This document shows positions 10,152-21,079 of a stretch of 64,000 bases of DNA, in pieces (the first letter of the stretch is position 1; every line of letters starts with the position of its first letter). Source of the DNA: Selaginella moellendorffii (Eukaryota; Plantae; Lycopodiophyta); the NCBI RefSeq assembly GCF_000143415.4, contig NW_003314278.1:760371-824370 (forward strand). The letters are read 5' to 3'. Made by a program: the position numbers and the translations under genes. A model generated the notes under the pieces. That model saw only the letters and a list, made by a program, of their open reading frames with translations. It had not been told where the DNA came from and searched no databases.

Positions 10152-13100
10152 GATGGCAAAGGCAGGGTGGAAGCGAACCAAGGCGGAGACGAAACCTCCT
10201 CTAGAGTTGGAGCCTCCGGTCGAACAAGAGGTTATGGATGAGCAATCCTTACATGAGGAGGACTCCAGTGAGGAGATTTCCAAATAGGAGTCCGGTGGCG
10301 AGGTTCGGTCGTCCAAGGCTCGATTGGACGTTCTAGAAGGACAGTTGGCACAGATCAATGCCCTGCTGGAGACTCTCGTACACAAGTTAAAGCGTGACGA
10401 GAAGCGGAAGAAAAAGCAAAAGACTGTGGATGCTGTCAGCGTAGAAGGTGCGAACCCTTCGGTAGGGAATGAGGCAGAACCAAACAAGATCGAACAGACC
10501 GAAGTGGAATCAGTCCCTCAGGTAGTTCCCAAGTACAAACCAAAGCCCCCACCGGTCTTCAAGGGAGTGAATGATTATAAGGTGGTGGAGGATTGGTTTT
10601 ATGATATGGAGGATTACTTTCGAGCTTACGATTACCAAGCTCGGAGAAGGTCCCATGTGCAAAACCATACTTGGTAGATAATGCCAAGTCTTGGTGGAGA
10701 ACGACAGAGGCTAACGAAAGACTGGTGGCCACTTGGGACATGATGAAGGCGAGGATCCGCGCAACTTACGTACCTCTGAATGCTACTCTGCATCTAAGAG
10801 ACGAGCTGAGTAGGCTGAAGCAGACCGAAACCATTCAGGAGTATGTGAATGGGTTTATAGCAAAGAGGATACTTGTCACGGATATAGGGGATATGGATGC
10901 GTTCCATGCCTTCATATCAGGTTTGCAAACCTGGGCTCGCGGTGAGGTGATGTGCTGGAACCCGACCAACTACAAGGAAGCGTTGGATGCGGCCATCAAG
11001 GTGCATTTCAACAATAATCTGCGAAAGGGGAACACAACGGGGTTGGGGTCCACATTTTGCAAAGGGGCAAAACCAAGGGGAACGTATAGCAAAAGAAAAT
11101 TCAAGAAGAGCTTCTCTAAGAATGAGTCCTTGGGGTTCTGGAAAGGCAAATCCGGCGGCCAGTGAGCGACTACGTGGGGGAGTCAAGCAAAAAGGGACAA
11201 ACCCATGGATAAGAAGGTCAAGTCATTTAACAGCGTGGGAAATAATATATGCTACAACTGCGGTGAAGCAGGACACTTTTTGAGGGAATGTCCCTACCCG
11301 AAGAAGGCTAGAGCCAATATGGCCATTAAGTTGGGTGACATCCAAACTGAGGTATGTGACCCAGTCCTTCGCTCAAAGTTATTCATTACACGAGCAACTT
11401 TGGTAGAGAGTCGTTCGCAATATCTACTAGCCCTCCGAGGGAAGCTCGGAAGTAGCTTTGTTAAGATCCTTATTAACACGGGTGCTTCAGATAATTTTGT
11501 GGCTACAGACATAGTCTGGCTAACCGGATTAACGGTGCAACAGCTGAGCGAACCAAGGACTATAAAGTTTGTTCAAGGTAGCCAAAGCACCGATGAGGTA
11601 CTTCGACAAGCGAGAGTCAAAGTAGGGACATGGGATTAGATATGGATTTCACCATATTGGACATGGCGGGATTTGACGTGATCTTCGGAATGGATTAGTT
11701 CAATCGGTTCGTGGTAGCCCTGCATGGACAAGGTAGGAAACTTGTGGTACTAACGAATGCCGAAGGAAGAAGATCCAGGGTGGAGGCCTAGGATCTAAAG
11801 GTAGGGCAATGCAAGGCTAAAGATTCCTATCTAAATCTGGTGTCCACGAGAGGACAACTCAAACCAAGGCAACCTTTTTGTGCTTACTCTCGGTAAAGAG
11901 TGACAAAAAGACGGGAATGGAAGAAGTACCTTTAGTGATCCAGCGAGTGTTGGACCAATTCCAGGATACCATGCTAGAGGAGCTACCGGTGGGGTTGCCC
12001 TCTGCACAGCTGATAGAACATAAGATTGAGTTGGTCGAGGGTGCTAAGGCGGTGGTTCATCCCCCCTATCGTTTGAACGAAAAGGAACTTAAGGAGCTCA
12101 AGCGCCAACTAGAGGAGTTGGTGGACAAAGGGTATGCTAGGTTGAGCAAGTCGCCGTATAGGGCACCGGTGTTATTTGTGAAAAAGAAAGATGGATCTAT
12201 GCGTATATGCATAGACTACCGGTTGCTCAACAAATATACAAAGAAGAACAAGTACCCTTTGCCAAGGATTGAGGACTTGTTCGATAGGTTGGGAAAGGCA
12301 AAATACTTCTTGAGGATTGACCTAAGCTCAGGATACTACCAGATCAGGGTAGTAGAGGAAGATGTCGAGAAGACAACCTGTTGAACAAGGTATGGGAGCT
12401 TCGAGTTTATGGTGATGCCCTTCGGGCTATGCAATGCACCGGCAATGTTTTTGGCATTGATGAACCACGTCTTTGTACCCTATCTGGATCACTTTGTGGT
12501 TGTCTATATTGACGATATCCTGATCTATAGCGAAATGCTAGAGGAGTATGCCGAACACTTGACGAAGGTGTTTGAGAAACTAAGGGAACACAAGCTGTAT
12601 GCTAAAAAGAGCAAATGTGACTTTGCTCAACAAGAGGTAAAGTTTCTCGAACATGTGGTGGGCAAAGACGGGCTCAAGGTGGACCCTAAGAAGGTCCAAG
12701 CGATCCAGGATTGGGAGCGACCATCGAATGTACATGAGTTAAGGGCATTCTTGGGGCTATGCAACTATTATCGAAAGTTTATCAGACACTATTCGAGAGC
12801 AACCCTACCCTTAACGGACCAAATGGGAAAAGGGAAAATGGTATGGACAGCAGAATGCGAGGCAGCATTTATCCACCTTAAAGGGAAGTTGAGGAAGGCT
12901 CCTGTGTTGGCATTACTAGACTTTGGTAAGGACTTTGAGGTAGAAACGGATGCTTTAGACTTTGCATTGGGCACAGTTTTGAAGCAAGACAACCACCCAG
13001 TAGCGTTCTTCTCGAAGACGTTGAACAAGGCTCAATGGAAGTGGCCTGCCCATGAGAAGGAATTGTTTGCGGTGGTCAAGGCACTCAAGAAGTGGTGACA

Positions 13101-14900
13101 TTACCTTAGGAGACACTTCAAGGTTTACATAGACAATGTGGCAACAAAACACTTCTTGTCACAACCCGACTTAAGGGGGAAACAAAGTCAGTGGGTCAAT
13201 GCTTTGGTCGAGTTTGATTGCGAGATTCTGTATAAGCCTGGGAAGAGCAACATCGTGGTGGATGCGCTAAGTCAAAAAGTGAGCTTGAAGTTGGTGATAT
13301 CCAGCGCAACAGCAACCTTTTAGGATGATGTGCGGACAGTATATGAGAACGATGGTCTAGCATAAGAAGTGTTGCTGCAGAATCTGGAAGCACGGGAAGC
13401 TCACCAAAGAGGTGAGCTACCAACGGAAGAGAAAACAGGCTATGCAGAACACAATAGACTCATCTATTACAAGCAAATGCGGGTGTATGTCCCAGAAGGG
13501 GAACTAAGGAAGGTAGCCTTAGAGGAGTGTCATGACGAACCTCTTGCGGGACACGACAGAGTGCCCAAGACGATGGGCTTACTCAAGAGGAAGTATTACT
13601 GGCCAGATATGGCTAAGGACGTCCAAAACTATGTAAAGACATGTCCAACATGTCAGCAAGTCAAAGCCGTGACTTAAGGTAGTGGGGGCTTGTTGCAAAG
13701 CATCCCAATTCCAGATCGTCCGTGAAAATGCCTTATGATGGATTTTATCACGGGACTCCCCCCAAGTGGGGGGTTCGATGCGATATTCGTGGTGGTGGAC
13801 CAATTTTCGAAGATGGCACATTTCATACCCACCACAACGGAAGTGGATGCGAAGGGTGTGGCGAAGCTGTTCTTTGAACAAGTGCTTCGAGTGCGGGGAA
13901 GGCCAGAAGAAATTATCTCAGATCGAGATAAGATCTTCACCAGTAGGTTTTGGAGAACTCTCCTGAAACAGTATCGCACTAAGTTGAAATTCAGCATAGC
14001 CTATCACCCACAGATAGATATAGGGTATTAAGTCAAGTTTGAAGGCACTAACACTTCTTGATAGACGGACAAACAGAAAGGGTGAATAGGCAGCTGGAGA
14101 ATTATTTGTGATGATTAGGCAGCTGGAGAATTATTAGTGATGCTATGTCTCGGGAGACCAGACGGATTGGGTAAGTCATTTGGGACTTGTGATAATGTGT
14201 TATAACAACTCACCACATTTGAGTATCCATGGGAAGTCATCAATGGGCGAGCTATTGAAGGTCATGTGAAGCTCGGCGTGGCCGAGTATCATGGAGAGTT
14301 ACCCGTAGCGGAGGCATTCATGGTGGAAAGACTCAACATTTGGAATCTAATGAGGGATTCCTTGGAACGAGCTCAACAAAGGCAAACCAAGTACGTGAAC
14401 CAGAAGCGTCGGGATGTAGAGTTCCAAGCTGGGGAGAAAGTGTGGTTGAACACCAAGAACCTCAGGCTACCAAGTGGGATCAGCCAGAAGTTGACCCAAA
14501 GGTAAAAATGCATGTATTCCATAAATGAATTGATCTTGAGTTCCTTAAGCAGGTTCGCGGGGCCTTATGAGATTGAGGCACGAATCAGTAAAGTGGCTTA
14601 CCATCTCCGACTTCCTTGAGAGATGGGGAAGATGCACCCAGTGTTTCACGTGAACTTACTCAAGCCGTACTTTGAGGATCTGCTTCGCAAAGACTAAGTA
14701 AGGCCTTTACCTGAGGCTATCTAAGGGGAAGAGGAATACGAAGTTGAGGCCATCCTCAATGCATGCAAAAGCAAGCAACAAGGACGCGAGGTGAAAGAGT
14801 TCCATGTGAAGTGGAAAGGATTTCCACACTGCGAAGCAATATGGGAACCGGAGGAGAACATAGCGAACGCGTGAGATTTAGTGGAGGAATTTCTACAAGG
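10152..14900 (+). pseudogene. Disrupted gag-pol with C-terminal chromodomain
   Basis: CYNCGEAGHFLREC; INTGAS (protease D>N); YIDD; CHDEPLAGH...CPTCQ; MDFITGLP; FAGPY; chromodomain YEVEAIL...VKWKGF...WEPEEN at ~14737-14898. Many stops and frameshifts. Confidence 0.92.
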
Positions 14901-15335
14901 TAGAACTCTATGTACTTATGCAAAGTTCAATTAAAGTATCAATTTGTGAAGTTGAGCAATGGCATACATTGGGACCCGAAGGCACACCAAAGGTAAACTA
15001 ATTAACATGGGTTAGCTAGGTCGACCAAGCGTAAAAAACTACACCCAACTCCCCACGGGGATGTCGAATCCATAGACGTATTCTACGGAGGTTGGGTTTG
15101 AGTCCCAACCCCCTAGTAAAGCAAAGCTGTGTTCAAGTCCCGACCCCATACTAGGGCATGGTGAGATGAGGGGTATAGGGACACCTATATCCCATTGTCA
15201 TGGGCTCTTGGCCGGGGTGGCTAACTTAAGCACACCACTAAGTGGGGGGATGCCCCCAAAGACATGGTTAACAAGTCGTAAGATAAAAAGAGATGTTCAA
15301 TGTGGGCATTGAACTTCTTCTATGGGTGGTGGAGT

Positions 15336-16468
15336 TGTATGGAACCAACTCCCCGAGGTGTCGTAGGCTAAAGGATCCCCGAAAGCATGACCAAAATGAC
15401 AAAGAATTCATCGGATGGGACCGAGTCTGAGATCGAGTCTAAGACCGACTCTAAGACCGAGTTCGAGATAGAGTCCGGAATCGAATTTGAGGCTAACTCA
15501 AAGACCGAGTTCAAGACGAAGTCCGAGATCTGAGAATCGGGTCCGAGACCAAGTTTAAAGTCGAGTCTGAAGTCGAGTATGAGATCGGGTCCAAGATCGA
15601 GTCCGAGACCGAATCCGAAATCGGGTCCGAGATCAAGTCTGAGATCGAGCCCGAGACCAAGTCTAAGTACTAATACGGGTCAAGGGGTGAAAGCCCAAAG
15701 CATGCGTCTCCCAGGGGAGGGGGGGGGGGGGGGCTGCAGGGGGTTCCAAAAGTATAGTAGGGATAGTGAGATCTAGGAACCAATCTTGAAGGAACTCTCC
15801 AGTAGTGCTTCCAAACTAACTTGAGGTTGAGACTGGGGCCGAGGGGCATTGGGTGGGAGTGAGCATGGACTTGAGTGGTGCCGGAGGGGCCACCCAAGGA
15901 AGTGCTCAAAAGCAACTCCCACTCCCGAAAGGGAAATCGTCTACAGTGCTCCCGGCTCATGTGGAGTGGTGCCCCACTTGAGTACCTTGCGGCTCATTGG
16001 TCCTTGCCCTTCCTAGGGGCTTGGGCCTTCCCTTCGGGATGGAAGTGGGGGGGTAGAGGTACCCATACCGGGCCGTTAGGCCACGGTGTTTTGCCCCAGC
16101 GTCCTGAAGCAAGTGTTGTACCCAAGGCTTGGGATTTAGAGGGTCCCATGATCAAATTTTGTTGTACCAAGGGATGTTAAGAACCTGGAGGCTTGGTGTG
16201 CTTGGCTGCTTGTGCTTGCGGGGAGTGTAGCCGAACCTTAAGTCCAGTCTAACCCGAGGAGGGGGATTGGGAGAGATTTGGGAATCTGTGGATGGATAGC
16301 TAATGCTCCATTGCTCGTGTAATAAGTAGCTGAAACCAAGTAGGACCAAGTAAGAGCTGGTACAATAGGTGGGAACCTTGGCGAGAGAACTTAGCGAAAG
16401 CCAAGGCAGTGTTGGTCAGATAGACGAGGTAAACTGGCAAATTGGAAAGGAAAAATTTGTGGCTTACA
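15336..16468 (+). repeat. 3' LTR (1133 bp), preceded by the PPT at 15321-15335
   Basis: TGTA...TACA termini; GGGTGGTGGAGT purine-rich tract immediately upstream. Confidence 0.92.
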
Positions 16469-17880
16469 ACACTCACCCCCCCTTCAGAGATGTCAATGTC
16501 CTCCTTAACTATTGACTAACAACCCCTACTGACCCCCCCTTTAGAGATGTCAATGTCCTCGTTGACTATTGACTAACAACCCCTACTGAGCCAAGGGGAA
16601 CCAACACCTCCATTTCCGCAATGAGACAACTAGTCACCATTTCCGCACTGAATCTACCAATCCTTCCATTGTGTAGACTAGCTATTCCATATGAGACAAC
16701 TAGTCATCCACCCGTACTGCAGTCCCACCCCCTTCAGAGATGTTAATGTCCTCGTTGACTATTGACTAACAACCCCTACTGAGCCAAGAGGAACCAACAC
16801 CTCCATTTTAACACTGAATCTACCAATCCTTCCATTGTGTAGACTAGTTATTCCATGTGAGACAACTAGTCACCATTTTCGCATTGAATTTACCAATCCT
16901 TCTATTGTGTAGACTAGCTATTCCATATGAGACAATTAGTCATCCATCCGTATTGCAGTCCCACCCCCTTCAAAGATGTTAATGTCCTCGTTGATTATTG
17001 ACTAACAACCCTTACAGAGCCAAAGGGAACCAACAACTCCATTTCCGCACTGAATTTACCAATCCTTCCATTATGTAGACTAGTTATTCCATGTGAGATA
17101 ATTAGTCACTATTTCTACACGGAATCTACCAATCCTTCCATTGTGTAGACCAACTATTCCATATGAGACAACTAGTCACCCACCTATACTATAGTCCCAC
17201 CCCCTTCAAAGATGTCAATGTCCTCGTTGATTATTGACTAACAACCCCTACAGAGCCAAGGGGAACTAACACCTCCATTTCTGCACTGAATTTACCAATC
17301 CTTCCATTGTGTAGATTAGTTATTCCATATGAGACAACTAGTCATCCACTCGTACCGCAGTCTCACGGTGGATACCTTCGTCCATGGATACTCCACATAA
17401 GAGGAAGGTCCATGGATACTCCTCTTGTCACCCCTTTCAAAGATGTCAATGTCTTCGTTGATTATTGACTAACTCGTACTGTGAGACTGCAGTACGAGTG
17501 GATGACTAATTGTCTCACATGGAATAACTAGTCTACACAATGGAAAGATTGGTAAATTTAATGCGGCATTGTGTAGACTAGCTATTCCATGTGAGACAAC
17601 TAGTCATCCACTCGTACCGCAGTCTCGTTAACTGATTAGTTGTCTCACATGGAATAACTAGTCTACACAATGGAAGAATTGGTAAATTCAATGCGGAAAT
17701 GGAGGTGTTGGTTCCCTTGGCTCAATAGGGGTTATTTGTTCCATTTCCGCATTGTATCCACCGTGAGACTGCGGTACGAGTGGATAACTAGTCATCTACT
17801 CGTACTGGAAGTCTCATCCACTCGTACCGCAGTCTTACGGTAAATACCTTCGTCCGTGGATACTCCACACAAGAGGAAGG
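16469..17880. repeat. Tandem plus inverted repeat array (modular units, ~245 bp higher-order period); also present at 8008-8131
   Basis: Recurring AGAGATGTCAATGTCCTCGTTGACTATTGACTAACAACCCCTAC and ACCAATCCTTCCATTGTGTAGACTAG modules; reverse-complement copies from ~17480. Confidence 0.9.
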
Positions 17881-18918
17881 ATGTACACATGGATGCCCAA
17901 TACGTACAATTTCAAATTTAGGGGTAGGAATATACTTTGCTCAAGGGTATATTATATTTTTAAGTAGCCACTAATCAATGGGAATCGAACCCGTGCCATT
18001 TGCTCCGATACTAACTATAGCGCACCTTATCTCTCTTCCCTTAAGCCAATTGGAAAAAGGGCAATTACTTGATGAGAGAGCCCTTAGTGGTTATTTTATC
18101 CCCATTTATCCCCCAAGGTTCCAAGGATCCACGGTGACAATATATCTAAATTCCATCCCATGATCACATGTGTTACAGTTTATTAATTTAGCTATATGTA
18201 AGTATACAAAATTACCAAATATCAAAATCCTTTTTAACCAAATCAGTAAATGGTTTTTAGTACTAAAAAAAAAATGGCATGACATAAGTTTATATAAAAA
18301 GTTAGTCAACTCCTCTTTTTGAAACTCTCTTAAACAGCTTGATAATATTTTATCTATTTTTTCCCCTCAATAATATTTTAACAGTGAACCAGTTCAACTA
18401 GTTTGATGTTGATCTCAAGGAATATTCAGCTTTGGATAGACATATCTAATGCTGCCATTGAAGCATAGCATCATCAGGTAGCTATTGAGATTTTAAAATA
18501 TAGACAAAATCTTTGGATAAATCTTATAGATAGAATTAATAAATATATAGAGATAAATAATTTTATTTATTAGTCCCTGCTGATGGACAAAATTCAGTCT
18601 CAGTTGACATGTCCATCCATATTGAACACTACTATAATTAGCATATTTACCTTGATATGCATAAATATATATATATATATATGTAATTTACAGACCTTTA
18701 GATTATGGAATTTCAACTTTTACAAGTTTACATCAAAGTCAGTGAAAAAAGAGCAAAAAGAAAAAAATGCTAGGAAATTCCCACTCTAATTATACTATAT
18801 AAGCATCCCGATGAATGTAAATAGAAATAATTTTCTCAAGAAAGGAGTTAACTTGAAATATTTTGTGCCTTCCAACTATAATCATCAGTATCTTCAAAAC
18901 TGTTCAATATAGAACCAT

Positions 18919-20790
18919 TTACAATATTTTACAGGTTCCAAATAATGACCCCCATGAAACAATGTCTGGTTGATAAGGCATTGTGTAAACAAGCTCTTTA
19001 GCATCACTTAACATACCACTCCTCCCTAAAATATCTGCCATAGATCCAAAATGCTCAATATTGGGATGAATTGCATAGTCGAAAAGCATTCTGCTGAATT
19101 CCCTCCGCCCTCTTTTAAGCAGCCCAATGTGATCGCACACGCACAGCACCGTCGCAAATGTCTTCCCATTGGCACTCACGGCATTCACAGCCAACTCCTG
19201 CAAAAATTCCAAAGCGCATCCACCATTACCCGCATAGACGAATGCTGCCAGCATTGAATTCCACGATATTTCATCTAATTCTGGCATAGAATCAAAGAAT
19301 CGCCTCGATTCTAAGAGAGCCCCTGTTTGTGCATAAGCAGCAAGCATTGCATTCCAGGATGCCAAGCTCCGATCGAGCATCAAATCATGCAATCTCTTGG
19401 CATGGGCGATCATTCCACTTGACGCATAGGCACCCACCATTGCGCTCCATGAGATTGTATCGTGCTCCGGCATCTGATCAAACACCGCCCTGGCCTCTTC
19501 CACCATAGCTGCGAGTGCATAAGCTCCTAGCAATGCAGTCCACGATACTATGTCCCACTCGGGCATCTCGTGAAAAATGCCAAAAGCATGTTCCAGATGC
19601 CTTGCCTGGGCAAATCCTTGAAGAGCCACATTCCATGAAGCAATATCCCGTTGAGGCATTTCTAGAAACAAATCGAGTAAACTAGCTTGATCTTTTGAGT
19701 TCACGTAAGCTGCCATCATGGCATTCCATGTTACTAATCGCCGATCTGGCATGCAATCAAAGACATTTCGTGCTTGACGTAGATGCCCGTCAGCGGCATA
19801 TGCTGTAAGCATAATCGTGAGAGATGCTGTGTTGTGCTCGGGCATGGAATCAAACCACTGACGTGTTTTAGATATCTTTAATGTTTGAGAATAAAGCTGG
19901 AGAATAAGATTCCAGGAAACTATATCCCTTTCCAGCATTGTGTTGAAGATTCTTTTAGCACTTTCTAGATGCCCATTGCGTGTAAACGCTTGTACCATGG
20001 CATTCCACGTCACCAGGTCCAACCGTGGCATCCTTTGAAACATGGTAATAGCGTTGTCCATGTCATTGTATCGAAGAAAAGCCGCTATCATTGTGTTCCA
20101 GGTAATTAGATCCCTCTCAGGTGTTCTATCAAACGTTTGCTTGGCCTTTTCCAAATGTCCAGAAATTGCATATGCTGTAAGTATGGAATTCCAAGATCCA
20201 GTGTCGCGATCTGGCATTGATCGAAACAATTGCTCTGCCCCGGAAAGATCTCCAAAGTTACTGTAAGCTTGGATCATGATGTTCCAGGAAACAGTGTCTC
20301 GGATCTCCATTCTATCAAACAAGTCCTTCGCTTGGAAGAATTGTCCGCACCGTGCGTAGGCAGAGATCATGATGTTCCAAGAGAGAACGCTCCTGAGCTC
20401 AGGTATCCTCTCAAAAATCTCTCTTGCTGCGTGGAGATTGCTGTTCTCGGCAAACGCCGTGATCAGTGCATTCCAGGAAACTTGGTTTTTGTGAGGATTC
20501 TTCTGGAACGCGAGCATCGCGTCCTCAGCACGGCCATTCTGAGCACAAGCGGAGATCATGATGTTCCAGGAGAAGGCATTGGGCTGCGCAATGGAATTGA
20601 AAACCTCCTTCGCGCTCTGGAGATCACCGCACCTCCCATACATTTGCACCGCCAAATTCAAGAGAAATCTATCGCTGCGATGGCTGCTGCTCGACAGAAT
20701 CCTCGCGTGGTGCCGCCTGGCCTGCCCAAGATCCCTGGCAATGCCGCAAGTGCGCAAGAGCGCTGCGAGTTCTTCCCGCTCGACGCTCAT
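18919..20790 (-). CDS. PLS-class pentatricopeptide repeat protein (short ~31-aa repeats, truncated E domain)
   Basis: Intronless ORF with repeated (V)SWN..I.A...G...A...F..MP motifs, ending MPYQPDIVSWGSL. Confidence 0.9.
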   Translation of the reverse strand: MSVEREELAALLRTCGIARDLGQARRHHARILSSSSHRSDRFLLNLAVQMYGRCGDLQSAKEVFNSIAQPNAFSWNIMISACAQNGRAEDAMLAFQKNPHKNQVSWNALITAFAENSNLHAAREIFERIPELRSVLSWNIMISAYARCGQFFQAKDLFDRMEIRDTVSWNIMIQAYSNFGDLSGAEQLFRSMPDRDTGSWNSILTAYAISGHLEKAKQTFDRTPERDLITWNTMIAAFLRYNDMDNAITMFQRMPRLDLVTWNAMVQAFTRNGHLESAKRIFNTMLERDIVSWNLILQLYSQTLKISKTRQWFDSMPEHNTASLTIMLTAYAADGHLRQARNVFDCMPDRRLVTWNAMMAAYVNSKDQASLLDLFLEMPQRDIASWNVALQGFAQARHLEHAFGIFHEMPEWDIVSWTALLGAYALAAMVEEARAVFDQMPEHDTISWSAMVGAYASSGMIAHAKRLHDLMLDRSLASWNAMLAAYAQTGALLESRRFFDSMPELDEISWNSMLAAFVYAGNGGCALEFLQELAVNAVSANGKTFATVLCVCDHIGLLKRGRREFSRMLFDYAIHPNIEHFGSMADILGRSGMLSDAKELVYTMPYQPDIVSWGSLFGTCKIL

Positions 20791-21079
20791 ATCAAGGTAC
20801 CTATCAAGGTATTGAGCTTTGCTTTGACTATGAAACCAAGCAATATTGAATTTCAAACGTTTTCAATGTGGAGCGCCACATATTGTTTAGTGCTGGACAC
20901 ATCAGACAATACGGACCACTTTAGCACAGTACCGGTGCGACTCATAGGGTGGTAAAAGAGGTACTTCAAAAGAGGGCTCGCAGCTCCTGTGAGGAACCAT
21001 CGAAGTAGAAGGAGCTCCTAGTTTGTCTCTGCTGAAAAATTTGGAAGGACTTTGTTTGCATGCTTTTGAAGTGAATCTC

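Larger units (their letters stand above)
8132..16468 (+). mobile_element. Full-length decayed Ty3/gypsy chromovirus with 5-bp TSD ACACT
   Basis: 5' LTR 8132-10093, PBS, gag-PR-RT-RH-IN-chromodomain, PPT, 3' LTR 15336-16468; ACACT at 8127-8131 and 16469-16473. Confidence 0.93.

Noticed and set aside
14088-14143. ~29-bp tandem duplication in the integrase
   Set aside because: Simple slippage-type mutation without splice signals; part of the element's decay
16469-17880. CRISPR-like repeat array
   Set aside because: The units have no unique spacers, there are no cas genes and the context is eukaryotic
17975-18050. tRNA gene
   Set aside because: Only a T-loop/B-box motif is present; no acceptor or anticodon stems could be built
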